Shown in pieces: positions 15,001-28,568 of a stretch of 64,000 bases of DNA. The stretch comes from the human T2T-CHM13v2.0 reference genome, Homo sapiens. The DNA lies in the NCBI RefSeq assembly GCF_009914755.1, contig NC_060940.1. The stretch is one strand, 5' to 3'. Position 1 is the stretch's first letter, and each line of letters opens with the position of its first letter. The notes under the pieces are model-generated. The model did not search any database and was not told the origin of the DNA. It worked only from the letters and a program-made list of their open reading frames with translations. Position numbers and translations under genes: made by a program.

Positions 15001-18000
15001 ATTCAATGATGATTCTATTTGTGTCCCTTAGATGATTCCGCATGATTCCATTAGATGATGATACTATTTGAGCCCATCCAATGATTCCCTTCGATTCCAT
15101 TCGATGAGGATTCCATTCGATTCAATTCATTGGTGATTCTATTCAATTCAATTCTTTGATTCCATTCCATTCCATTCGACAATGATTCCATTCGATTTCT
15201 TTCGATGATTCCACTCGATTCCACTTGACATTGATTCCATTCGATTCCATTCAATGATTCCATTTGATTCCAGTGGATGATGATTGCCATCGATTCCATT
15301 CGATCACTGCATTCTATTCCATTTGATGATGATTACATTCGATTCCATTTGATGATTCCATCTGATTCTATTCGAGGATTCCATTTGATTCCATTCGATG
15401 ATGATTCCATTCGAGTCCATTCGATGATTTCATTCGAGTACATCCAATGATTCCATTCGAGTCCATTAGATGATTCCATTTGATTCCATTTGAAAATGAT
15501 TCTACTAGAGTCCATTCAATGACTCCATTCGAGTCCATTCAACAATTCCATTCGACTCCATTCGATGATTCCATTCGATTCCATTTGATGGTTCCATTCG
15601 AGTCCATTTGGTGATTCCACCGGATTTCTTTTGATAATGATATCATTCAATTACATTTGATGATGATCCCATTCAATTTCATTTGATGATGACTCCATTA
15701 GAGTCCATTCGATGATTTCATTCGAGTCCCTTCATTGATTCCATCCGATTTCATTGGATGATGACTCCATTCGAGTCCATTCGATGATTCCACTCGATTC
15801 CATTAGATGATTCCATTGGAGTCCATTTGATTGTTCCATTCGATTCCATTCGATTCCTTTCGAAGATTATTCCATTTGAGTCCATTCGATGATGATTCCA
15901 TTCCATTCCATTCGATGATTCCGTTTGATTCCATTCGATGATTCCCTTTGATTCCTTTCTTTGATGATTCCATTCCATTCCATTCAATGATTCCATTCGA
16001 ATCTATTCCATGATGATTCCTTTCGATTCCATTCGCTGATGTTTCCGTTCAATTCCATTCGGTGATGATTCCATTCGATTCCATTCATTGAGGATTCCAT
16101 TTGATTCCATTCAATGATGATTCCGTTCTATTCCATTCAATGATTGCATTCAATTCCATTCAATGATTATCCCCTTAGAGTAAACTCAACGATTCCATTC
16201 AATACCATTCGATGATGATTCCTTTTGAGTCCATTCAATGATTTCATTCAAGTCCATTTGATGATTCCTTTCAATTCCATTCTATGATGATTCCATTCGA
16301 CTCCATTCGATGATTCCATTCGATTACATTCTATGATTCCATTATATTCCAGTCAATGATGATTCCATTCGAGTCCATTCGATGATTCCATTAGAGTACA
16401 TTTAATGATTGCTTTGTTTTCAATTCGAAGATGATTACATTGGATTCCATTCTATGATACCATTCGATTCCATTCAATGATGATTCCACTCAAATCCATT
16501 GGATGATTCCATTCGTGTCCATTCGGTGATTTCATTAGATTCCATTCGAGGATGATTCCATTCGATTCCATTCGATGATTCCATTCAATTCCATTCGATG
16601 AAGATTCCATTCCAGTCCATATGATCATTCCATTTGATTTCATTCGATGATGATTCCATTCGATTCCATTCGATGATTCCATTCTATTCCATTCGATGAT
16701 GATTCCATTGGAGTCCATTCGATGATTGCATTCGAGTCCATTTAATGATTCCATTGGGTTCAATTCAATGATGATTACATTGGATTCCGTTCTATGATTC
16801 CATTCAATTCCGTTCATTGACAATTTGATTCCATTCGATGATGATTCCGTTTGAGTTCATTCGATGATTCTATTCGATTCTCTTCGATGGTGATTCAATT
16901 CTATTATATTGGATGATTCCATTCGATTCCATTTGATGTTGATTCAATTCGATTCTATTCGATGATGATTCCATTGGATTTCACTTGATGATTCTATTCG
17001 ATTCCATTCAATGATGATTCACTTCTCGTCCATTGGATGATTCCATTTCATTCCATTCGATGATGATTCCATTCGATTCCATTCGATGATTCCATTTGAT
17101 TCCATGCGACGGTGAGCAACTCGATTCAATTCCATGATGATTCTATTTGATTCAATTAGATGATGTTTCCATTCGAATCCATTCCATGATTATTCCATTG
17201 GAATCCATTTGGTGATGATTCCATATGAGTCAATTCAATGATGATTCCATATGGGTCCGTTCGATGATAATTCCATTTGATTTCATTCGATGCTTCTATT
17301 CTATTCCAGTCGATGATGATTCCGTTGGAGTCCATACGATGATTCCATTTGATTTCATTTGATGATGATTCCATTCGATGATGATTACATTGGATTCCAT
17401 TCTATGATTCCATTCAATTCCATTCGTTGATGATTCGATTCCATTCAATGATGATTCCATTTGAGTTCATTCGATGATTCTATTCGATTCCGTTCGATGG
17501 TGATTCAATTCTCTTATATTGGATGAATCCACTCGATTCCATTTGATGATTATTCCATTGGAGTCCACTTAGTGAATCCTTTAGATTCTACTCGAAGATG
17601 ATTCCATTCGAGTCCATTCAATGATACCATTCAATTTCATTCGTTGATGCTTCCATTCAAGTGCATTCGATGATATCATTCGATTCCATTTGATGATAAT
17701 TCCATTTGATTCCATGCGATGATTCTATTCGATTCCATTCAATGATAATTCCATCCAATTCAGTGATTCCTCTGGACTCCATTTGATGATGATTCCATTC
17801 AATGATTCCATTCGATTCTATTCCAAAATGATTCCATTTGAATCCATTTGATGATGATTCCATTAGATTCCATTTGATGATTCCATTCGATTCCATTTGA
17901 TGATGATTCCATTCGATTCCATTTGATGATTCCATTCTATTCTATTCGATGATGATTCCATTCGATTCCATTTGATGATGATTGGATTCGATTCATTTGA

Positions 18001-18312
18001 TGATTTCATTTGATTCCATTCGTTAATGATTTCGATCAACTCCATTCGATGATTCCATTTGATTCCATTCGATAATGATTACATCCGAGTCCATTCGATG
18101 ATTCCATTTGAGCCCGTTCGATAATTCCATTTGAGTCCAATCAATGATTCCATTCATTTCCATTCAATGATTCCATTCGAGTCCATTTGATCATTCTGGT
18201 AGGGTCCGTTCGATGTTGATTCCATTGGAGTGCATTCGATGATTCCATTCGAGTCCATTTTATGATTTGATTCGAGTCCTTTCGATGATTCCATTCGATT
18301 CCACTCGATGAT
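1..18312 (+). repeat. Three tandem copies of a 6,112-bp HOR (1-6112, 6113-12224, 12225-~18312), HSat2B/chr16-like period
   Basis: Landmarks recur at +6112 (ORFs 274/6386/12498, 2262/8374/14486; the motif GGTTCCACAGGTTTCC). Copy 3 loses 23 bp near 15608 and diverges more after that point. The chr16 HSat2B link rests on the remembered ~6.1-kb period. Confidence 0.93.
4947..4957 (-). promoter_or_regulatory. DUX4-type motif TAATTGAATCA (also at 11059, 17148, 27114, 36447, 38190, 47522, 55374)
   Basis: The + strand reads TGATTCAATTA, whose reverse complement fits TAAYBBAATCA. DUX4 is known to bind and activate HSATII. Binding at these positions is not shown by the sequence. Confidence 0.55.
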
Positions 18313-18601
18313 GATTTCATTCGAGTCCATTCGACACTTCCAATCGATTCCATTTGATGTTTCCATTCGAGTCCAATTGATGATTCCATTCAATTCCATT
18401 CGATGATGATTCCGTACGATTCCATTCTGTGATGATTCCATGTGATTGCATTCAATGATGATTCCTTTCGATTGCATTCGATTATGATTCATTTCGTGTT
18501 CATTCTATGGTTCCACAGGTTTCCATTCGATGACGTTTCCGTTCGTGTCCATTCCATTATTCCATTCTATTTCATTTGATGATGATTCCATTCGATTCCA
18601 T

Positions 18602-21600
18602 TCATTGGTGATTCCACTCAATTCCATTCAATGATTCCATTCCATTTCTTTCAACAATGATTCCATTAGTTTCTATTCGATGATCCACTTGATTCCATTT
18701 GGCGATGATTCCATTCGTGTCCATTCGATGATTCCATTTGATTCCATATGATGATGATTCCATTCGATTCCATACCATGATGATTCCATTCGAGTCCATT
18801 CAATGGTGATTCCATTCAATTCCATTCGATGATTCCTTCCGATTCCATTCGATGATGATGGCATTCGATTCCTTTCAATCATTCCCTTTGATTCCATTCA
18901 AAGGTGATTTCATTCAAGTCCATTCGATAATTGCATTCGATTCCATTCTATGATGATTCCATTCGAGTCCATTTGATGATTCCATTCAATTCAAGTCAAT
19001 GATGATTCCATTCGATTCCACTCGATGATTCCATTGGATTCCATTCGATGATGATTCCATTCAAATCCATTCGATAATTCAATTCAAGTCCATTCGATGA
19101 TGATTCCAATCGAATCCATTCAAAGATTCCATTCAGTTCCATTCGATGATTCCCTTAGATTCCATTCGATGATTCCACTTGATTCCATTTACGATGATTC
19201 CATTCAATTCCATGTGATGAATCCATTCAATTCTATTCAATGATGTTTCCATTTGATTCCATTGGACCATGATTGCCTTTGATTCCATTCAATGATTCCA
19301 TTCGGTTCCATTTGATGATGATTCCGTTCGATTCCATTTCATTATTCCATTTGATTCCATTGGATGAGTCCATTCGATTACATTCGATGATTATTCCATT
19401 CGAGTGCATTAGATGATTGCATTCGAGTCCATTCGATGATTCCATTCGATTCCATTCGATGTTGATTCTGTTCAAATCCATTCGATGATTCCACTCGATT
19501 CCATTCGATGACTCCATTTGATCCCATTCGATGATTTCCTGTGATTCCCTTTGATGATCATTCTATTTGATTCAATTCGGTGATTTCATTTCATTCCATT
19601 CAGTGATGTTTCCATTCGACTGTATTCGATGATGATTCCATTCGACTCCATTCGATTATGATTTCATTCAATTCCATTCAATAATGATTCCCTTCGAGTC
19701 CATTCGATGATTCCATTCGATTCCATTCAACGATGATTTGATTCGTTTCCATTCGATGATTCCATTTGATTCCACTTGATGATGATTCCATTCGAGTCCA
19801 TTTGATGATTCCATTCGAGTCTATTTATGTATTATATTCGTATCCACTTCATGATTCCATTCAATTCCATTTAATGTTGATTCCATTTGATTCCATTTGA
19901 TGATTCAGTTCGATTCCTTGCAATGATTCCCTACGATTCCTTTCTATGATGATTCCATTCGATTCCATTCATTGATGATTTCATTCGACTCCATTCGATG
20001 ATGATTCCTTTCGATTCCATTTGACGATGTTTCCATTCGAGTCCATTCGATCATGATTCTATTCAATTCTGTTCTATTATGATTCCATTCGATTTCATTC
20101 AATGCTTCTATTTGATTCCATTCGATGATGATTCCATCTCTTTCCCTTCGATGATTCCATTTGATTCCATTCAGTGATGATTCCATTTGATTCCATCTGA
20201 TGATGATTTCACTTGATTCCTTTCAATGATGATTCAATTCAAGTCCATTCGATGATTCCATTGGAGTCCAAACGATCATTCCGTTCGATTCCATTCAATG
20301 GTGATTCCATTCATGTCCATTCGATGAATCCATTCAATTCCATTCGATGATGACTCCATTCGAGTACATTCGATGATTCCATTTGATTCCATTTGAAGAT
20401 GATTCCATTCAATTCCATTCGAAGATGATTCCATTCAATTCCATTCGATGATGATTCCGTATGAATCCATTCTCTGATTATTCCATTCGATTCCATTCAT
20501 TGACGATTCCATTCAATTCCATTCAATGATGATTCTCTTCTATTCCATTCGATGATTCCGGTCGATTCCATTCGATGATGATTCCATTAGATTCCATTCG
20601 ATTGTTGCATTCGATTCCCTTCGATGATGATTCCTTTGAATTCCATTCGATTATCATTCCGTATGAATCCATTTGATGATTATTCCATTGGATTCCTTTC
20701 GTTGATGATTCCATTCGATTCCATTTGATGATGTTTCTCTTGTATTCCATTGGATAATTCCTTTCAGTTCCCTTCGATGATTATTCTTTCGAGTCAATTC
20801 GATGATTCTATTCCATTCCCTTCGATGATGATTCCATTTCACTCCATTTGATGATTCCATTCGACTCAATTTGGTGATGATTCAATTCGATGACATTCGA
20901 TGACTCCATTCAATTTCATTTGATGATGATTACATTCGAGTCCATTTGATGATTGTATTCCTTTCCTTTTGATGATTATTCCATTCGTGTCTATTCAAAG
21001 ATTCCATTCTATTCCATTCAATGATGATTGCATTTGATTCCATTCAATGATTATGGCTATCGATTCCACTCGTTGATTCCATTTGATTCCGTTCGATGAT
21101 TATTCCGTTAGATTCCATTAGAAGATTCCATTCGATTTTATTCAATGATTCCAATGGATTCCATTCAATGATGATTCCATTCGACTCCATTCAGTGATTC
21201 CATTCGAGTCCATTTGATGATTCCATTCTTTTCCATTTGATGATGATTCCATTAGGGTCCATTCAATGATTCCATTCGAGTCCATTCGTTAATGCCTTTC
21301 TAGTCCTTTTGATCACTACATTCGAGTCCATTCAATGATTCTATTCGATTCCATTCCATGATGATTCCATTCGAGTTCATTCGATGATTGCATTCGAGTC
21401 CATTTGATGATTCCATATGATTCCCTTCGACAATGATTCCATTCGTGTCCATTTGATGATTCCATTCATTTCCTATCGATGAAGATTCCATTCAAGTGTA
21501 TTCGATGATTCCATTCAAATCCATTCGATGATGATTCCATTCCAGTCCATTCGATCATTCCACTTGATTCCATTTGATGACTATTCCATTCAAATCCATT

Positions 21601-22712
21601 TGATGATTCCATTCTATTCCATTCGATGTTACCATTCGAGTATGTACGATGATTCCACTCGATTCCATTTGATGATTATTCCATTGGAGTCCACTTAGTG
21701 AATCCTTTAGATTCTACTGGAAGATGATTCCATTCGAGTCCATTCGATGATACCATTCAATTCCATTCGTTGATGCTTCCATTCAAGTGCATTCGATGAT
21801 ATCATTCGATTCCATTTGATGATAATTCCATTTGATTCCATGCGATGATTCTATTCGATTCCATTCAATGATAATTCCATTCAATTCAGTGATTCCTCTG
21901 GACTCCATTTGATGATGATTCCATTCAATGATTCCATTCGATTCTATTCGAAAATGATTCCATTTGAATCCATTTGATGATGATTCCATTGGATTCCATT
22001 TGATGATTCCATTCGATTCCATTCGATGATGATTCCATTCGATTCCATTTGATGATTCCATTCTATTGCATTCGATCATGATTCCATTCGATTCCATTCG
22101 ATGATGATTGGATTCGATTCCATTTGATTCCATTCGATAATGATTTCGATCAATTCCATTCGATGATTCCATTCGATTCCATTCGATAATGATTACATCC
22201 GAGTCCATTCGATGATTCCATTTGAGCCCGTTCGATAATTCCATTTGAGTCCAATCAATGATTCCATTCATTTCCATTCAATGATTCCATTCGAGTCCAT
22301 TTGATCATTCCGGTAGGGTCCGTTCGATGTTGATTCCATTGGAGTGCATTCGATGATTCCATTCGAGTCCATTTTAGGATTTGATTCGAGTCCTTTCGAT
22401 GATTCCATTCGATTCCACTCGATGATTTCATTCGAGTCCATTCGACACTTCCAATCGATTCCATTTGATGATTCCATTCGATTCCAATTGATGATTCCAT
22501 TCAATTCCATTCGATGATGATTCCGTACGATTCCATTCTGTGATGATTCCATGTGATTGCATTCAATGATGATTCCTTTCGATTGCATTTGATTATGATT
22601 CATTTCGTGTTCATTCTATGGTTCCACAGGTTTCCATTCGATGATGTTTCCATTCGTGTCCATTCCATTATTCCATTCTATTCCATTTGAAGATGATTCC
22701 ATTCGATTCCAT
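18602..22712 (+). repeat. ~4.1-kb variant unit, copy 1 (4,111 bp)
   Basis: Landmark spacing 18602 to 22713. HOR positions ~1487-5320 are replaced by a ~1.83-kb block (~19818-21647) that the 6,112-bp HOR lacks. Confidence 0.88.
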
Positions 22713-25700
22713 TCATTGGTGATTCCACTCAATTCCATTCAATGATTCCATTCCATTTCTTTCAACAATGATTCCATTAGTTTCTATTCGATGATCCACT
22801 TGATTCCATTTGACGATGATTCCATTCGTGTCCATTCGATGATTCCATTTGATTCCATATGATGATGATTCCATTCGATTCCACACGATGATGATTCCAT
22901 TCGAGTCCATTCAATGGTGATTCCATTCAATTCCATTCGATGATTCCTTTCGATTCCATTCAATGATGATGGCATTCGATTCCTTTCGATCATTCCCTTT
23001 GATTCCATTCAAAGGTGATTTCATTCAAGTCCATTCGATAATTGCATTCGAAACCATTCTATGATGATTCCATTCGAGTCCATTTGATGATTCCATTCAA
23101 TTCAAGTCAATGATGATTCCATTCGATTCCACTCGATGATTCCATTGGATTCCATTCGATGATGATTCCATTCAAATCCATTCGATAATTCAATTCAAGT
23201 CCATTCGATGATGATTCCAATCGAATCCATTCAAAGATTCCACTCAATTCCATTCGATGATGATTCCCTTAGATTCCATTCGATGATTCCACTTGATTCC
23301 ATTTACGATGATTCCATTCGATTCCATGTGATGATTCCACTCAATTCTATTCAATGATGTTTCCACTTGATTCCATTCGAACATGATTGCCTTTGATTCC
23401 ATTCAATGATTCCATACGGTTCCATTTGATGATGATTCCATTCGAGTGCATTAGATGATTCCATTCGAGTCCATTCGATGATTCCATTCGATTCCATTCG
23501 ATGTTGATTCTGTTCAAATCCATTCGATGATTCCACTCGATTCCATTCGATGACTCCATTTGATCCCATTCGATGATTTCCTTTGATTCCCTTTGATGAT
23601 CATTCCATTTGATTCAATTCGGTGATTTCATTTGATTCCATTCAGTGATGTTTCCATTCAACTCCTTTCGATGATGATTCCATTCGACTCCATTCGATTA
23701 TGATTTCATTCAATTCCATTCGATAATGATTCCCTTCAAGTCCATTCGATGATTCCATTCGATTCCATTCAACGATGATTTGATTCGTGTCCATTCGATG
23801 ATTCCATTTGATTCCATTTGATGATGATTCCATTCGAGTCCCTTTGATGACTCCATTCAATTCCATTCTCCGATGATTTCTTTTGAGCCCATTCAATGCT
23901 TCCACTCGATTCCATATGATGATGAATCCATTTGATGAAATTCCATGATGATTCCATTCGCTTGCATTCGATGATGATTCCACTTGAGTCCGTAAGAAGA
24001 TTCTATTCAATTACATTCCATGACGATTCTGTTCGAGTCCATTTGATGATTCCATTAGACTCCATTCGACGATGATTCCATTCGATGTTATTCGATGATG
24101 ATTCCATTCAACTCCATTCGATGTTTCCATTCGAGTTCATTCTATTATTCCATTAGATTCCATTCGATGATGATTCCATTCGATTCCATTTGATGATTGC
24201 ATTCTATTTCATTTGATGATGATTCCATTCGAGTCCATTCGATGATTCCATTCGAGTCCATTTAATGAATCCATTGGTTTCAATTCTATGATGATTACAT
24301 TGGATTCCATACGTGGATGATTTCATTCGATTCCATTCAATGATGATTCCATTCAATTCCATTCAATGATTCCATTCAATTCCATACGATGATGATTCCA
24401 TTTGATTTGATTCGACAGTGAGCCATTCGATTCAATTACATGATGATTCTATTTTATTCAATTGGTTGACATTTCCATTCGATTCCATTCGATGATGATT
24501 CCATTTGATTCCATTCAAAGATGATTCCATTCTAGCCCATTCAATCATTCCATTCGATTCTATTCAATGATGATTCCATTCATGTCGATTTGGTGATTCC
24601 ATTTGACTTCATTTGATGATGATTCCTTTCAAGTTCATTAGATGATTCCATTCGATTCCATTTGATGATGATCCCATTCGAGTCCATTCAGTGATTCCAC
24701 TCGTTTCCATTCCATGATGATTCCATTCCTTTCCATTCAATGATTCCATTCGATTCCGTTTGATGATGATTTCATTCGAGTCCATTTGATGATTCCATTT
24801 GATTCCATTCGATGATGATTACATTCGAGTCCATACGATGATTCCACTCAATTCCATATGATGATGATTCCATTCGATTCCATTCGATGATTCCATTCTA
24901 TTCTATTCAATGGTGATTCCATTCGAGTACATTAGATGATTCCATTCGATTCCATTCAATGATGATTCTATTTGTGTCCCTTAGATGGTTCCACATGATT
25001 CCATTTCATGATGATACTATTTGAGCCCATCCAATGATTCCCTTCGATTCCATTCGATGAGGATTCCATTCGATTCAATTCATTGGTGATTCTATTCAAT
25101 TCAATTCTTTGATTCCATTCCATTCCATTCGACAATGATTCCATTCGATTTCTTTCGATGATTCCACTCGATTCCACTTGACATTGATTCCATTCGATTC
25201 CATTCAATGATTCCGTTTGATTCCAGTGGATGATGATTGCCATCGATTCCATTCGATCACTCCATTCTATTCCATTTGATGATGATTACATTCGATTCCA
25301 TTTGATGATTCCATCTGATTCTATTCGAGGATTCCATTTGATTCCATTCGATGATGATTCCATTCGAGTGCATTCGATGATTTCATTCGAGTACATCCAA
25401 TGATTCCATTCGAGTCCATTTGATGATTCCATTTAATTCCATTTGATTATGATTCTACTAGAGTCCATTCAATGACTCCATTCGAATCCATTCAACAATT
25501 CCATTCGAGGCCATTCGATGATTCCATTTCATGATTCCATTCGAGTCCATTTAATCATTACAGTCGAGTCCATTTGGTGATTCCACTGGATTTCTTTTGA
25601 TAATGATACCATTCAATTACATTTGATGATGATCCCATCCAATTTCATTTGATGGTGATTCCATTAGAGTCCATTCGATGATTTCATTCGAGTCCCTTCA

Positions 25701-28568
25701 TTGATTCCATCCGATTTCATTTGATGATGACTCCATTCGAGTCCATTCGATGATTCCACTCGATTCCATTAGATGATTCCATTGGAGTCCATTTGATTGT
25801 TCCATTCGATTCTATTCGATTCCTTTCGAAGATTATTCCGTTTGAGTCCATTCGATGATGATTCCATTCCATTCCATTCGATGATTCCGTTTGATTCCAT
25901 TCGATGATTCCCTTCGATTCCTTTCTTTGATGATTCCATTCCATTCCATTCAATGATTCCATTCGAATCTATTCCATGATGATTCCTTTCGATTCCATTC
26001 GCTGATGTTTCCGTTCAATTCCATTCGATGATGATTCCATTCGATTCCATTCATTGAGGATTCCATTGGATTCCATTCAATGATGATTCCATTCTATTCC
26101 ATTCAATGATTGCATTCAATTCCATTCAATGATTATCCCATTAGAGTAAACTCAACGATTCCATTCAATACCATTCGATGATGATTCCTTTTGAGTCCAT
26201 TCAATGATTTCATTCAAGTCCATTTGATGATTCCTTTCAATTCCATTCTATGATGATTCCATTCGAGTCCATTCGATGATTCCATTCGATTGCATTCGAT
26301 GATTCCATTATATTCCAGTCAACGATGATTCCATTCGAGTCCATTCGATGATTCCATTAGAGTACATTTAATGATTGCTTTGTTTTCAATTCGAAGATGA
26401 TTACATTGGATTCCATTCTATGATACCATTCGATTCCATTCAATGATGATTCCACTCAAATCCATTGGATGATTCCATTCGTGTCCATTCGGTGATTTCA
26501 TTAGATTCCATTCGAGGATGATTCCATTCGATTCCATTCGATGATTCCATTCAATTCCATTCGATGATGATTCCATTCCAGTCCATATGATCATTCCATT
26601 TGATTTCATTCGATGATGATTCCATTCGATTCCATTCGATGATTCCATTCTATTCCATTCGATGATGATTCCATTCCAGTCCATTCGATGATTCCATTCG
26701 AGTCCATTTAATGATTCCATTGGGTTCAATTCAATGATGATTACATTGGATTCCGTTCTATGATTCCATTCAATTCCGTTCATTGACAATTTGATTCCAT
26801 TCGATGATGATTCCATTTGAGTTCATTCGATGATTCTATTCGATTCTCTTCGATGGTGATTCAATTCTATTATATTGGATGATTCCATTCGATTCCATTT
26901 GATGTTGATTCAATTCGATTCTATTCGATGATGATTCCATTGGATTTCACTTGATGATTCTATTCGATTCCATTCAATGATGATTCACTTCTCGTCCATT
27001 GGATGATTCCATTTCATTCCATTCGATGATGATTCCATTCGATTCCATTCGATGATTCCATTTGATTCCATGCGTCGGTGAGCAATTCGATTCAATTCCA
27101 TGATGATTCTATTTGATTCAATTAGATGATGTTTCCATTCGAATCCATTCCATGATTATTCCATTGGAATCCATTCGGCGATGATTCCATATGAGTCAAT
27201 TCAATGATGATTCCATATGGGTCCGTTTGATGATAATTCCATTTGATTTCATTCGGTGCTTCTATTCAATTCCAGTCGATGATGATTCCGCTGGAGTCCA
27301 TACGATGATTCCATTTGATTTCATTTGATGATGATTCCATTCGATGATGATTACATTGGATTCCATTCTATGATTCCATTCAATTCCATTCGTTGATGAT
27401 TCGATTCCATTCAATGATGATTCCATTTGAGTTCATTCGATGATTCTATTCGATTCCGTTCGATGGTGATTCAATTCTATTATATTGGATGATTCCACTC
27501 GATTCCATTTGATGATTATTCCATTGGAGTCCACTTAGTGAATCCTTTAGATTCTACTCGAAGATGATTCCATTCGAGTCCATTCGATGATACCATTCAA
27601 TTCCATTCGTTGATGCTTCCATTCAAGTGCATTCGATGATATCATTCGATTCCATTTGATGATAATTCCATTTGATTCCATGCGATGATTCTATTCGATT
27701 CCATTCAATGATAATTCCATTCAATTCAGTGATTCCTCTGGACTCCATTTGATGATGATTCCATTCAATGATTCCATTCGATTCTATTCCAAAATGATTC
27801 CATTTGAATCCATTTGATGATGATTCCATTAGATTCCATTTGATGATTCCATTCGATTCCATTTGATGATGATTCCATTCGATTCCATTTGATGATTCCA
27901 TTCTATTCTATTCGATTATGATTCCATTCGATTCCATTTGATGATGATTGGATTCGATTCCATTTGATGATTTCATTTGATTCCATTCGTTAATGATTTC
28001 GATCAACTCCATTCGATGATTCCATTTGATTCCATTCGATAATGATTACATCCGAGTCCATTCGATGATTCCATTTGAGCCCGTTCGATAATTCCATTTG
28101 AGTCCAATCAATGATTCCATTCATTTCCATTCAATGATTCCATTCGAGTCCATTTGATCATTCTGGTAGGGTCCGTTCGATGTTGATTCCATTGGAGTGC
28201 ATTCGATGATTCCATTCGAGTCCATTTTATGATTTGATTCGAGTCCTTTCGATGATTCCATTCGATTCCACTCGATGATGATTTCATTCGAGTCCATTCG
28301 ACACTTCCAATCGATTCCATTTGATGTTTCCATTCGAGTCCAATTGATGATTCCATTCAATTCCATTCGATGATGATTCCGTACGATTCCATTCTGTGAT
28401 GATTCCATGTGATTGCATTCAATGATGATTCCTTTCGATTGCATTCGATTATGATTCATTTCGTGTTCATTCTATGGTTCCACAGGTTTCCATTCGATGA
28501 CGTTTCCGTTCGTGTCCATTCCATTATTCCATTCTATTTCATTTGATGATGATTCCATTCGATTCCAT
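22713..28568 (+). repeat. 5,856-bp variant of the 6.1-kb HOR
   Basis: Collinear with the HOR. Deletions of 72 bp (~23435), 23 bp (~24095), 170 bp (~24818) and 10 bp (~25525), plus 16-bp and 3-bp insertions: 6112+19-275=5856. Confidence 0.86.

Noticed and set aside
19821-19845. AT-rich TATTTATGTATTATATT (also ~56021 and ~56861) as a TATA-like promoter
   Set aside because: It is explicable as a decayed monomer, and no other promoter evidence is present.
19818-21647. The 1.83-kb block as a mobile-element insertion or a chr1 1.77-kb HSat2A unit
   Set aside because: It is satellite sequence with no TSD, poly-A or terminal repeats. It replaces HOR sequence rather than interrupting it, and it is contiguous with its right flank at 56843-58760. 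The similar size looks coincidental, though I did not align it to HSat2A.
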